NCBI GenBank assembly: GCA_964491535.1 | Contig: CAZBGR010000003.1 | Location: 1 to 50,129, forward strand | From: an uncultured Muribaculaceae bacterium | GTDB taxonomy: Bacteria > Bacillota_I > Bacilli_A > RF39 > UBA660 | DNA: 50,129 nucleotides | Direction: 5' to 3' | In this document: positions 27,721 through 35,128 of the stretch, one piece after another | Layout of the letters: every line of letters starts with the position of its first letter | Position numbering within the stretch: position 1 is the first letter of the stretch | Position numbers and translations under genes: made by a program | The notes under the pieces: model-generated | The model's database searches: none | The model's input: the letters and a program-made list of their open reading frames with translations, nothing else | What the model was told of the DNA's origin: nothing

Positions 27721-27791
27721 AATAGAAAAAGCAATTTATATATTGCAAAATTATATTTATCATGATATCCTTAAGATAGGAGGAAATGTAT

Positions 27792-28538
27792 ATGGATAGG
27801 ATAATTGAATATTTAAACGATACTTTAGGCGATAATTATATTTATATTATCGGGATAGCTGCTATTTTATTGTTTATTTTAGTGGGGTTTTTAGCTAGTA
27901 GAAAGGACGCATCTAAGAAGGGAACTTTTAATAAGGAACCGATGGCTAATATTGATGAGATTACAACAGGTGAGATTAATCAAGTAGCTAACACTTTGGA
28001 TCAAGAAAAAATTAATCCAGTTGATGTGGTAGCTATGCCAACAACAGATGCTTTAGTTGTTGATCAAGAACCTATTGTACCTGTTAGTGGAGATTCGTTG
28101 GGGGACCAAGTTAATTTATCTACTGATACTCCGGGGACTTTACGTTTAGATGCTTTTGGGCAATCAGCTCCAACTAATAATGAAGATTTAGTTACTCCTG
28201 GTATTCAAACACCAATTGAACCAACAGAAGGGCCAAAATTTGATTCTATGTCAGTTAATCAAGAACCAACTAGGTTTGAAAATGTAACACCTAAGGCACC
28301 ATTGAGTTTAGATGATATGCTTGCTAAACCTGAAACTTCAGCACCATCATTTAATGTTCCTGATTCGTTACCTCAAGAATCATCACAACCAGAAATAATT
28401 GATATTGTCGATGAATCACCAGTTAATGCATCAGAAGGACCAAATGTTGAGTATAATCCTTATATTCCAGAATCACCAATAATATCATCAGCTAATGATA
28501 ATCCAGAAGAAGAGAATCAAGAAAACAAAGGTGTCTAA
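27792..28538 (+). CDS. membrane-anchored acidic Pro/Glu/Asp/Ser/Thr-rich protein of unknown function
   Basis: One N-terminal TM helix (IYIIGIAAILLFILVGFLA) is followed by about 200 aa of low-complexity sequence. The ATG at 27792 is better spaced from the AGGAGG SD than the ATG at 27786. Confidence 0.5.
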   Translation: MDRIIEYLNDTLGDNYIYIIGIAAILLFILVGFLASRKDASKKGTFNKEPMANIDEITTGEINQVANTLDQEKINPVDVVAMPTTDALVVDQEPIVPVSGDSLGDQVNLSTDTPGTLRLDAFGQSAPTNNEDLVTPGIQTPIEPTEGPKFDSMSVNQEPTRFENVTPKAPLSLDDMLAKPETSAPSFNVPDSLPQESSQPEIIDIVDESPVNASEGPNVEYNPYIPESPIISSANDNPEEENQENKGV

Positions 28539-28592
28539 GGACGCCTTTTTAAATGGTTTAATAAAATATTTTGTTTTAGTAAGGGGTTAGTT

Positions 28593-29015
28593 ATGATGAG
28601 CAAAAAGATAGTGGGGGTAGTGGGAACTATGTTTTTTAGAGATGGGAAATTATTAATTGATAAGCCTAGAGAAAGGCCTACTTTTCAAATGGTAGGAGGA
28701 CGAATTGAAAAAGGAGAAACGCCTTTAGAAACAGCTATTAGAGAAAACAAAGAAGAACTTGGTAATCAATTTATTTATGATGAGTCTAAATTGCGTTTTA
28801 TTATGGATTTTAAGGAAGTAGCTACTAGTGATCCTAAACTTGATATTCATATGTATGTTTTTCAATATGATGGTGAGTTAGGCGGTAAAACTACTACTTC
28901 TGAAGAGATTGAAGCTTTTATGTGGTTTGGTATTAACGATGATCAGACTTTGTTATCTAACACTTTAAAAAACAAAATATTACCTTATGCTATAAAAAAC
29001 AAATTAATTTATTAA
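28593..29015 (+). CDS. NUDIX hydrolase
   Basis: The Nudix box is GGRIEKGETPLETAIRENKEELG. Confidence 0.8.
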   Translation: MMSKKIVGVVGTMFFRDGKLLIDKPRERPTFQMVGGRIEKGETPLETAIRENKEELGNQFIYDESKLRFIMDFKEVATSDPKLDIHMYVFQYDGELGGKTTTSEEIEAFMWFGINDDQTLLSNTLKNKILPYAIKNKLIY

Positions 29016-29118
29016 TTTTAAATTCAACTTTAAGATGGACAAAAAAATAAAAAAAGATTATAATTGGTAAAGGTTAATCTTTTTTTCTTATTTGAAAATT
29101 ATATAGAAAGGAGATAGG

Positions 29119-30792
29119 ATGAAAATATTTAACAATAGCGATACTCAGGTAGTCGCTTTAGGTGGTTTGGGGGAAATAGGCAAAAATATGTATTGTATTA
29201 TGCATCTTAACGAACTTATTATTATTGATGCTGGAATAATGTTTCCTCAAGATGAATTAATGGGGATTGATTATGTTATTCCTGATTTTGCTTATCTATT
29301 AAAAAATCAAGATAAAATAAAAGCTTTAATTATTTCTCATGGTCATGAGGATCATATTGGGGCAATTTCCTTTTTACTACAAACGATAAAAATACCGATT
29401 ATATACGCTCCAAAACAAGCAACTTCGTTAATCAGAAAGAAATTAGAAGAGAAAAGAATAAAATATAAAAACATTAGTGTTTATAATGAAAACACTAAAA
29501 TAAAATTTAAATATTTAGAAATAGAATTTTTTAATACTACTCATTCAATTCCGGATTCTCATGGGATGGCGGTTAATACACCTAATGGAACGATTGTTTT
29601 AACAGGTGATTTTAAATTTGATTGGACTCCGATTGGACCAGCAGCTAATATTCATAAAATGGCTAATATCGGTCAAAAAGGAGTGAAGTTATTATTAAGT
29701 GATAGTACTAATGCTTTGATTGAAGGGGTATCAATTAGTGAATCACGAGTTGATGAAGCTTTAGGTGATATATTTACTCATTGTGAAGGTCGTATTATTA
29801 TAGCAACTTTTGCTTCTAATATTTATCGTTTAAAGCATATTATAGAAACTTGTCGTCAAAATGGCCGTAAAGTAGCTGTTTTTGGAAGAAGTATGGAATC
29901 ATCAATTGAAATAGCTATTCAAGGTGGTTATATTGATAGTAAAAATATCTTTGTTAGTAGTGAAGAGGCTAATCATATGCCAAATGATAAATTAGTATTA
30001 CTATGTACGGGTTCTCAAGGAGAACCTTTGTCAGCTTTATCGAGAATTGCTAGTGGTGCTCATCGGCAAATTAAATTAATTCCAGGTGATGTAGTTATTT
30101 TTTCTTCTTCCCCTATTCCAGGGAATGGGGCTAGTATTGCGTATACTATTAATTTACTTTATTTAAAAGGGGTAGAAGTATATACTAATACTTCTTTAAA
30201 TGAAATTCATACTTCAGGTCATGCTAATAAAGAAGAATTAAAATTAATGATTCGCTTAATTAATCCCGAGTATTTTATGCCTTATCATGGAGAATATCGA
30301 ATGTTAAAAGCTCATGCGGATTTAGCAATTGAATGTGGAATACCAAAAGATAAAGTATTTGTTTTAAATAACGGACAATCATTATCAATTAGTAATGGAG
30401 TTGTTAAAAAGGGTAAAATGATTCCTGTTTCTGATATTTATGTCGATGGTAATCGAATAGGAGATGTTGGTAATATTGTAATTAAAGATCGTCACATTAT
30501 GGCTAATGATGGAATTTTGGTTATTATCGCTAATATAGAAGTAAATAAGCGAGTTTTATTAGGTCATTCTCATGTTATTACTAGAGGTTTTATTTTAGTA
30601 AACGAAAACGAAGCTTTATTAACTAAAATTGAGAATATGACTGATTCAATCATTAAGAAAAATTTAAAAAATAAAAAAATAACTTATAGTGAGTTAAAAA
30701 CAATTATTATTCAAGAAGTATTACCTTATTTATTAGAAGAAACAGGTAGAAAACCAATAATTTTACCAGTGTTTATGGAAATCAAGAAATAA
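29119..30792 (+). CDS. rnj: ribonuclease J
   Basis: The beta-lactamase/beta-CASP layout is present, with HGHEDHIGA and the N-terminal ALGGLGEIGKNMY, in 557 aa. Confidence 0.9.
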   Translation: MKIFNNSDTQVVALGGLGEIGKNMYCIMHLNELIIIDAGIMFPQDELMGIDYVIPDFAYLLKNQDKIKALIISHGHEDHIGAISFLLQTIKIPIIYAPKQATSLIRKKLEEKRIKYKNISVYNENTKIKFKYLEIEFFNTTHSIPDSHGMAVNTPNGTIVLTGDFKFDWTPIGPAANIHKMANIGQKGVKLLLSDSTNALIEGVSISESRVDEALGDIFTHCEGRIIIATFASNIYRLKHIIETCRQNGRKVAVFGRSMESSIEIAIQGGYIDSKNIFVSSEEANHMPNDKLVLLCTGSQGEPLSALSRIASGAHRQIKLIPGDVVIFSSSPIPGNGASIAYTINLLYLKGVEVYTNTSLNEIHTSGHANKEELKLMIRLINPEYFMPYHGEYRMLKAHADLAIECGIPKDKVFVLNNGQSLSISNGVVKKGKMIPVSDIYVDGNRIGDVGNIVIKDRHIMANDGILVIIANIEVNKRVLLGHSHVITRGFILVNENEALLTKIENMTDSIIKKNLKNKKITYSELKTIIIQEVLPYLLEETGRKPIILPVFMEIKK

Positions 30793-30837
30793 GATAGTTA
30801 TTTATTGTTTTTTTAATATAATTATGCTATGATGATA

Positions 30838-30866
30838 CTGCAACTTATATAAGTTGTAGTTTTCTT
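30838..30866 (+). terminator. intrinsic terminator after rnj
   Basis: Hairpin CTGCAACTTA-TA-TAAGTTGTAG (one G-T pair) is followed by TTTTCTTT. Confidence 0.55.
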
Positions 30867-30904
30867 TGAGAAGGCTTGAGTGCCTACTAGCCTTTTCATT
30901 CTTT

Positions 30905-30981
30905 GGGGAATTAGCTCAGCTGGCTAGAGCGTCTGCCTTGCAAGCAGAAGGCCAAGGGTTCGAATCCCTTATTCTCCACCA
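30905..30981 (+). tRNA. trnA: tRNA-Ala (anticodon UGC)
   Basis: Acceptor GGGGAAT/ATTCTCC includes the G3:U70 alanine identity pair. The anticodon loop is CTTGCAA, the T-loop is TTCGAAT, and CCA is encoded. Confidence 0.9.
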
Positions 30982-30994
30982 GATATAAAAACAA

Positions 30995-31016
30995 CCCTTA
31001 TTTTATAAGGGTTTTT
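30995..31016. terminator. intrinsic terminator after tRNA-Ala (also faces the convergent rodA/ftsW-like gene)
   Basis: Hairpin CCCTTAT-TTT-ATAAGGG is followed by T5. The A-rich 5' flank gives it bidirectional potential. Confidence 0.7.
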
Positions 31017-31027
31017 AAATTTAAGAA

Positions 31028-32158
31028 TTATTTTAAATTTCTAAATCTAATTGTTTCATTAGAAAGATTAAAGATAATGCCGGCCATTATCATATAACTA
31101 ATTAAACTAGAGCCTCCATAACTAATAAAGGGTAAAGTTATACCAGTGATTGGTAATAATCCAATATTCATGCCAATACTTTGTATTTGTTGGTAAACTA
31201 ACATTCCAATAATTCCACCCATTATATATTTGTTAATTTTTTTATTACTTTTGATAGCGATATTTATTAATTTTAAATCAAAATAAATAATTATCATTAT
31301 TAAAAACATTGTTCCAAAGATACCAGTATTATTTGCATAAACGGAGAAAATAAAATCAGTATGAGGTTCTGGAAAATAAATGGGTGTTTTTCTAATCCCA
31401 AAACCAAACATTTTAGCACTTCCAATAGCAATTAAGGCATTACTTAATTGCATGCCACTTCCACTTTGCCAATCTAATAAACGATCCATTCGATAAAAGA
31501 AATTAGTTCCAAATAAAGAAATAAATAAATCGCTATTTATAAAATATAAACCAATAAAAAGTCCAAGCAATAAACTAATAACAATAAATAAAGATAAAAA
31601 CCATTGCCATCTAATGCCGGCTACTAATAGCATAGATAAGGTAATAATTAAATAAATAATAACAATTCCAGTATCGGGTTGTAAAAAGGTTAATAAGGCG
31701 GGAACAAAGAAGATAAGGCTAACTTTTAATAATAATTTAAATTCTTGTTTAATAGTTGGAAATTCATTTTGTTTATAGAAATGATCTAATATTTTAGCGA
31801 TGGTTAAGATAAGAATAATTTTAACAAATTCACTAGGTTGAATAGTTCCCAAATTAAATAAATTAAACCATGATTTAGAGTCATTAATTGGTTTGCCAAT
31901 AATTAATAACAACCCTAAACTTAAAATTCCTAAGCCATAGAAAAGCCATATGTTTTTAATAAAAAAACGATTACCAATAGTCATTATTAAGTAAGCTATT
32001 AAAAAGCCTAAACTAAACCATATAGCTTGTTTTAAAGCTAAATAGTTCTCTTCGAGTAATAAGTCTTCAGCACTATAGATACTAACCACACTTATTATAG
32101 CTAGAATAAATAAAGGGATTAAAATACCATATTCTACTTTGTAACGGTCTAAATTCAT
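31028..32158 (-). CDS. FtsW/RodA/SpoVE-family peptidoglycan glycosyltransferase
   Basis: The 376-aa polytopic SEDS protein has conserved PSEFVKI, the HTDFIFS motif, and C-terminal TGITLPFISYGGSS. Confidence 0.85.
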   Translation of the reverse strand: MNLDRYKVEYGILIPLFILAIISVVSIYSAEDLLLEENYLALKQAIWFSLGFLIAYLIMTIGNRFFIKNIWLFYGLGILSLGLLLIIGKPINDSKSWFNLFNLGTIQPSEFVKIILILTIAKILDHFYKQNEFPTIKQEFKLLLKVSLIFFVPALLTFLQPDTGIVIIYLIITLSMLLVAGIRWQWFLSLFIVISLLLGLFIGLYFINSDLFISLFGTNFFYRMDRLLDWQSGSGMQLSNALIAIGSAKMFGFGIRKTPIYFPEPHTDFIFSVYANNTGIFGTMFLIMIIIYFDLKLINIAIKSNKKINKYIMGGIIGMLVYQQIQSIGMNIGLLPITGITLPFISYGGSSLISYMIMAGIIFNLSNETIRFRNLK

Positions 32159-32261
32159 CTAATCACCTGTTTCAATTATATTATAGTCATTAAGCTTTTA
32201 AACTATAAGAAACTTTTAAAAAGATGATGCATAAAATAAAACAAAAGATAGGTGTGATTTT

Positions 32262-32597
32262 ATGAAACGAAAACTTCCTGAAGTTTATGTTAATAAAATA
32301 AAAAAACAGTTTAAAAATAATAATAATATATTCTATTCGGCTATGTCATTAAGAAAAAAGGAAGATTCTAATTATAATAATGTTTATAAAAGTAATGATG
32401 AAGATGATTTTAATGTTAATTTAAAGATTAAAGAAATGTTTAATTCGCCTTATTATATTTATAAAATAGGAGCTTGGATATATACTAAAGATGGTAAGAA
32501 ACTAAAAAAGGAAGTAATTGGGGAAATTGATAATAAATTAATTACGCTTGATGAAGAATATATTCCAATCGAAGATATTAAAAGGATAGAGTATTAA
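32262..32597 (+). CDS. hypothetical Lys/Asn-rich 111-aa protein
   Basis: The frame is open with an upstream AGGTG SD. I recognised no motif. Confidence 0.4.
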   Translation: MKRKLPEVYVNKIKKQFKNNNNIFYSAMSLRKKEDSNYNNVYKSNDEDDFNVNLKIKEMFNSPYYIYKIGAWIYTKDGKKLKKEVIGEIDNKLITLDEEYIPIEDIKRIEY

Positions 32598-32620
32598 AAA
32601 AAGACCATTTGGTCTTTTTT
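32596..32620. terminator. bidirectional intrinsic terminator shared by convergent genes
   Basis: A5-AAGACC-ATTT-GGTCTT-T6 forms a hairpin flanked by an A-run and a T-run. It overlaps both stop codons. Confidence 0.7.
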
Positions 32621-33032
32621 AGCATACACCTTCGACGAAGGTATCATCTAGACATCTAATAGCACAAATGCAGCGTAGATCTAAAGTAAATAATGAATTA
32701 GTAGCTATAAATCCATCAGTTTCATCATTAATTAAGACTCTAAATGTAGCACAGCAGTTGTCTAGTTTTTCAATTCTAAAGACATTAGCATAAGTGGTTT
32801 CATCATTAATTAATCCCTTATTGGTTGGCATTGAAATAGGATTATTACCACAGAGACAACATGAGAATAATTGAATTGGCCTTGTGTTATAGTTACATTC
32901 ATAAGTACAACCTAAAGTTTTTCTATCACAACTATCTATTTTACATTCGAAAGCTGAAGCTTTCTTTTGCAAAATTAGTATAGTCTTTAGAATTTCAGCT
33001 ATGCATCCACAATCATGGTTGCTTTCGCCCAT
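32619..33032 (-). CDS. cysteine-rich spore coat protein, CotY/CotZ family
   Basis: Cys-rich blocks match the B. subtilis CotY/CotZ pattern from memory: NHDCGCIAEIL, FRIEKLDNCCATFRVL, and DLRCICAIRCL. I prefer the ATG at 33032 (MGESNH), after AGGGGTGG, over the track's start at 33059. Confidence 0.7.
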   Translation of the reverse strand: MGESNHDCGCIAEILKTILILQKKASAFECKIDSCDRKTLGCTYECNYNTRPIQLFSCCLCGNNPISMPTNKGLINDETTYANVFRIEKLDNCCATFRVLINDETDGFIATNSLFTLDLRCICAIRCLDDTFVEGVC

Positions 33033-33187
33033 ATATTCCACCCCTTTTTTATATTTCAATAATAGAATATTCTCAATCGTTTGATTAGTGTATAACTTAA
33101 ACCTAAATATTGCTTTTTTGTTATATTAAAAATTTTTAAGCTAGTTAAATTATTGCTTTTAAGGTATAATAAGGACGAGGTGAGAAA

Positions 33188-33505
33188 ATGTTATTTCAAT
33201 ATGCTATTATTATTGTAGTACTTTTATTAGCTGCTTTTGTTATTGTGAAAGTTAGTAAGAAAGATTTTCATATTGAAGCTAATAAATTAGTTGAATTATT
33301 AGGTGGTAAAAATAATATTATTAGTGTTGAAGTTAATTTGTCTCGTTTTAAAGTAACTTTAAGAGATGTATCTTTAGCTAATAAGGAAGCTATTCAAAAA
33401 TTAGGTGCTAGGGGAATTGTAGAAATAGATAATCAATTAAAAATAATTTTAGGAAAAGAAACGGAAAGACTTAAAAAATATATTGATGATTTAATCAAAA
33501 AATAG
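33188..33505 (+). CDS. membrane-anchored PTS EIIB-like domain protein lacking the phospho-cysteine
   Basis: An N-terminal TM helix is followed by LLGGKNNIISVEVNLSRFKVTLRD...GARGIVEIDNQLKIILG. This aligns to the glucose-family EIIB signature NI..v..C.TRLR..v.D with Asn in place of the Cys. Confidence 0.55.
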   Translation: MLFQYAIIIVVLLLAAFVIVKVSKKDFHIEANKLVELLGGKNNIISVEVNLSRFKVTLRDVSLANKEAIQKLGARGIVEIDNQLKIILGKETERLKKYIDDLIKK

Positions 33506-33526
33506 CAGTATAAATGCTATTTTTTT
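33502..33526 (+). terminator. intrinsic terminator
   Basis: Hairpin ATAGCA-(7 nt)-TGCTAT is followed by T6. Confidence 0.65.
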
Positions 33527-33598
33527 GTTTTATTTTTCATATTTCGACAAAATTCAGCATCTCTTTATTTTATTATTTAATTAATAGGGAGGCTTAAA

Positions 33599-34840
33599 AT
33601 GAATAACTTTGAAATAATTTTAATAACTAGTATCTTTATTCTATTTCCTTTATTTAGCTATTTTTTACTTATTATTTATCAACAGGATAATAAGGAAAAG
33701 AACGAGGCTTTATTTTTTGCTTTAGGGTTGTATACAATGCTTTATTTAATTTTCAAAATTGATTTAGTTACTATGGATTTAAAGTTAACTTTGCTTACTA
33801 TTCCTTTGTTTTTAGCTTATTTAAAGAAACGTCCTTTTACAGCTTTAATTATATCAATTCTTATTTTTAGTAGTTACAGTATTTATTTTAACTTTAATCC
33901 TTTGCTTGGGTTAAGTGAATTAGTTATTTATTTTATCAGTTATTTAATATTAACTTATTATCGGGTAAAGGATATTAAAACAATTAACTTTTTGGTAATA
34001 ATAAAAATAATTTTCCTTTATTTTTATTTATTAAATCAATCTATACTTACGATATCTTCTTCGTCACTTCTTTTGTTATTAATGGTTTATTATTTTTTAC
34101 TTATTTTTATTTATTTATTGTTAAAAAAGGGTGAAACGATGGCTAATTTACATATAACTATCCAGCAATTAAAAAAGGAAAATCAATTAAGGGATTCTTT
34201 ATTTAAAATTACCCATGAGATAAAAAACCCTATTGCTGTTTGTAAAGGATATTTGGATATGTTAGATATTAATAATAAATCTCAACTCAGACGATTTATT
34301 CCAATAATTAAGCAAGAAATTGAAAGAACTTTAATGTTAATGAATGACTTTTTAAATTTGACTAAATTAAAAGTAGTTAAAAGAACCTTGGATTTATCAG
34401 TTTTATTAGAAGATGTAAGTGATATTGGTAAGGAATTAATAAAAGCTCATAAAATGATATTTATAACCGAAATGGAAGATACAGAACTTTATATTAAAGG
34501 GGATTATAATCGTTTAAAGCAGGTATTTATTAATCTTATAAAGAATGCGATTGAAGCAACAGAAGCGGTTAAAAAGGGAGTTATTAAATTAAAAGTTCAG
34601 AAAAGGAATAAGAAGATAAGTATTTTTATTATTGACAACGGAGAAGGAATGAGTAAAGAAGTTTTAAAGAGGGTTGGGGAAGCGTTTTATTCTACTAAAA
34701 AGAATGGAACGGGTTTAGGGGTTAAACTTTCAAGGGAAATAATAGCTGAACATCATGGAATTATTAAATATGAATCCAAATTAAATAAAGGAACAATGGT
34801 TATTATTGATTTGCCTTTAATAAAAGATACCTCTATTTAA
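33599..34840 (+). CDS. orphan sensor histidine kinase with polytopic N-terminal domain
   Basis: About 6 TM helices are followed by the H-box THEIKNPIAV, N-box LIKNAIEAT, G1 IDNGEGM and G2 GTGLGV. No response regulator gene is adjacent. Confidence 0.85.
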   Translation: MNNFEIILITSIFILFPLFSYFLLIIYQQDNKEKNEALFFALGLYTMLYLIFKIDLVTMDLKLTLLTIPLFLAYLKKRPFTALIISILIFSSYSIYFNFNPLLGLSELVIYFISYLILTYYRVKDIKTINFLVIIKIIFLYFYLLNQSILTISSSSLLLLLMVYYFLLIFIYLLLKKGETMANLHITIQQLKKENQLRDSLFKITHEIKNPIAVCKGYLDMLDINNKSQLRRFIPIIKQEIERTLMLMNDFLNLTKLKVVKRTLDLSVLLEDVSDIGKELIKAHKMIFITEMEDTELYIKGDYNRLKQVFINLIKNAIEATEAVKKGVIKLKVQKRNKKISIFIIDNGEGMSKEVLKRVGEAFYSTKKNGTGLGVKLSREIIAEHHGIIKYESKLNKGTMVIIDLPLIKDTSI

Positions 34841-34851
34841 AAAGGTATCTT
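34822..34851. terminator. hairpin terminator between convergent histidine kinase gene and small ORF
   Basis: AAAGATACC-(12 nt)-GGTATCTTT forms the hairpin, and its loop contains the kinase stop codon. Confidence 0.55.
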
Positions 34852-34873
34852 TCAAGATGTAAATTATTATTGA

Positions 34874-35038
34874 CTAGTAATAACCATATGGTGAATAAAA
34901 GGGAAAAGGACTATAAAAGTAAGGTGGGCTAAAGAAAGCTCCAGTTAAGGCACCTAAAGCGAAAGGTAAGCCAAAACCACCAAAGCCAAATCTTCTTCTA
35001 AAAGGGCCATAGAAAGGGCGACCTCCCATTCCAAACAT
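34874..35038 (-). CDS. small ORF absent from the supplied track: 54-aa Gly/Phe/Pro/Tyr-rich peptide (MFGMGGRPFYGPFRRRFGFGGFGLPFALGALTGAFFSPPYFYSPFPFYSPYGYY)
   Basis: I translated it by hand from the minus strand. The ATG at 35038 lies 7 nt downstream of a GAAAGGAG SD (AGGAG = 35050-35046), and the stop TAG is at 34876-34874. It is below the length of any ORF in the track. Confidence 0.45.
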   Translation of the reverse strand: MFGMGGRPFYGPFRRRFGFGGFGLPFALGALTGAFFSPPYFYSPFPFYSPYGYY

Positions 35039-35128
35039 AAAAATTCTCCTTTCAAATTATTGTATGATAAAAGAATAAGAAAGGATACTTTATCCTAATA
35101 AATGATGAAAAATAAGAATGGTTTTGAA

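Noticed and set aside
30871-30896. A second hairpin, AAGGCT-(12 nt)-AGCCTT followed by TTTT, lies between rnj and tRNA-Ala and could be an extra terminator or regulatory element.
   Set aside because: The 6-bp stem with a large loop and a short T-tract is marginal. It would block the only plausible route to tRNA-Ala transcription, and I could not identify a promoter after it. I left it unannotated.
33033-33130. A sigma-E or sigma-K promoter might lie upstream of the CotY/Z-like gene, because TATACACT resembles CATACAnT.
   Set aside because: The first base of the -10 is wrong, and I found no acceptable -35 (ATA or AC) at the required spacing. The evidence is too weak to annotate.
35058-35100. 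I looked for a full sigma-E or sigma-K promoter for the small Gly/Phe/Tyr-rich ORF.
   Set aside because: Only the -10-like CATACAATA is convincing. None of the spacings (14 nt for sigma-E, 16-18 nt for sigma-K) gives a matching -35. I therefore report it as a motif within a finding, not as a promoter feature.
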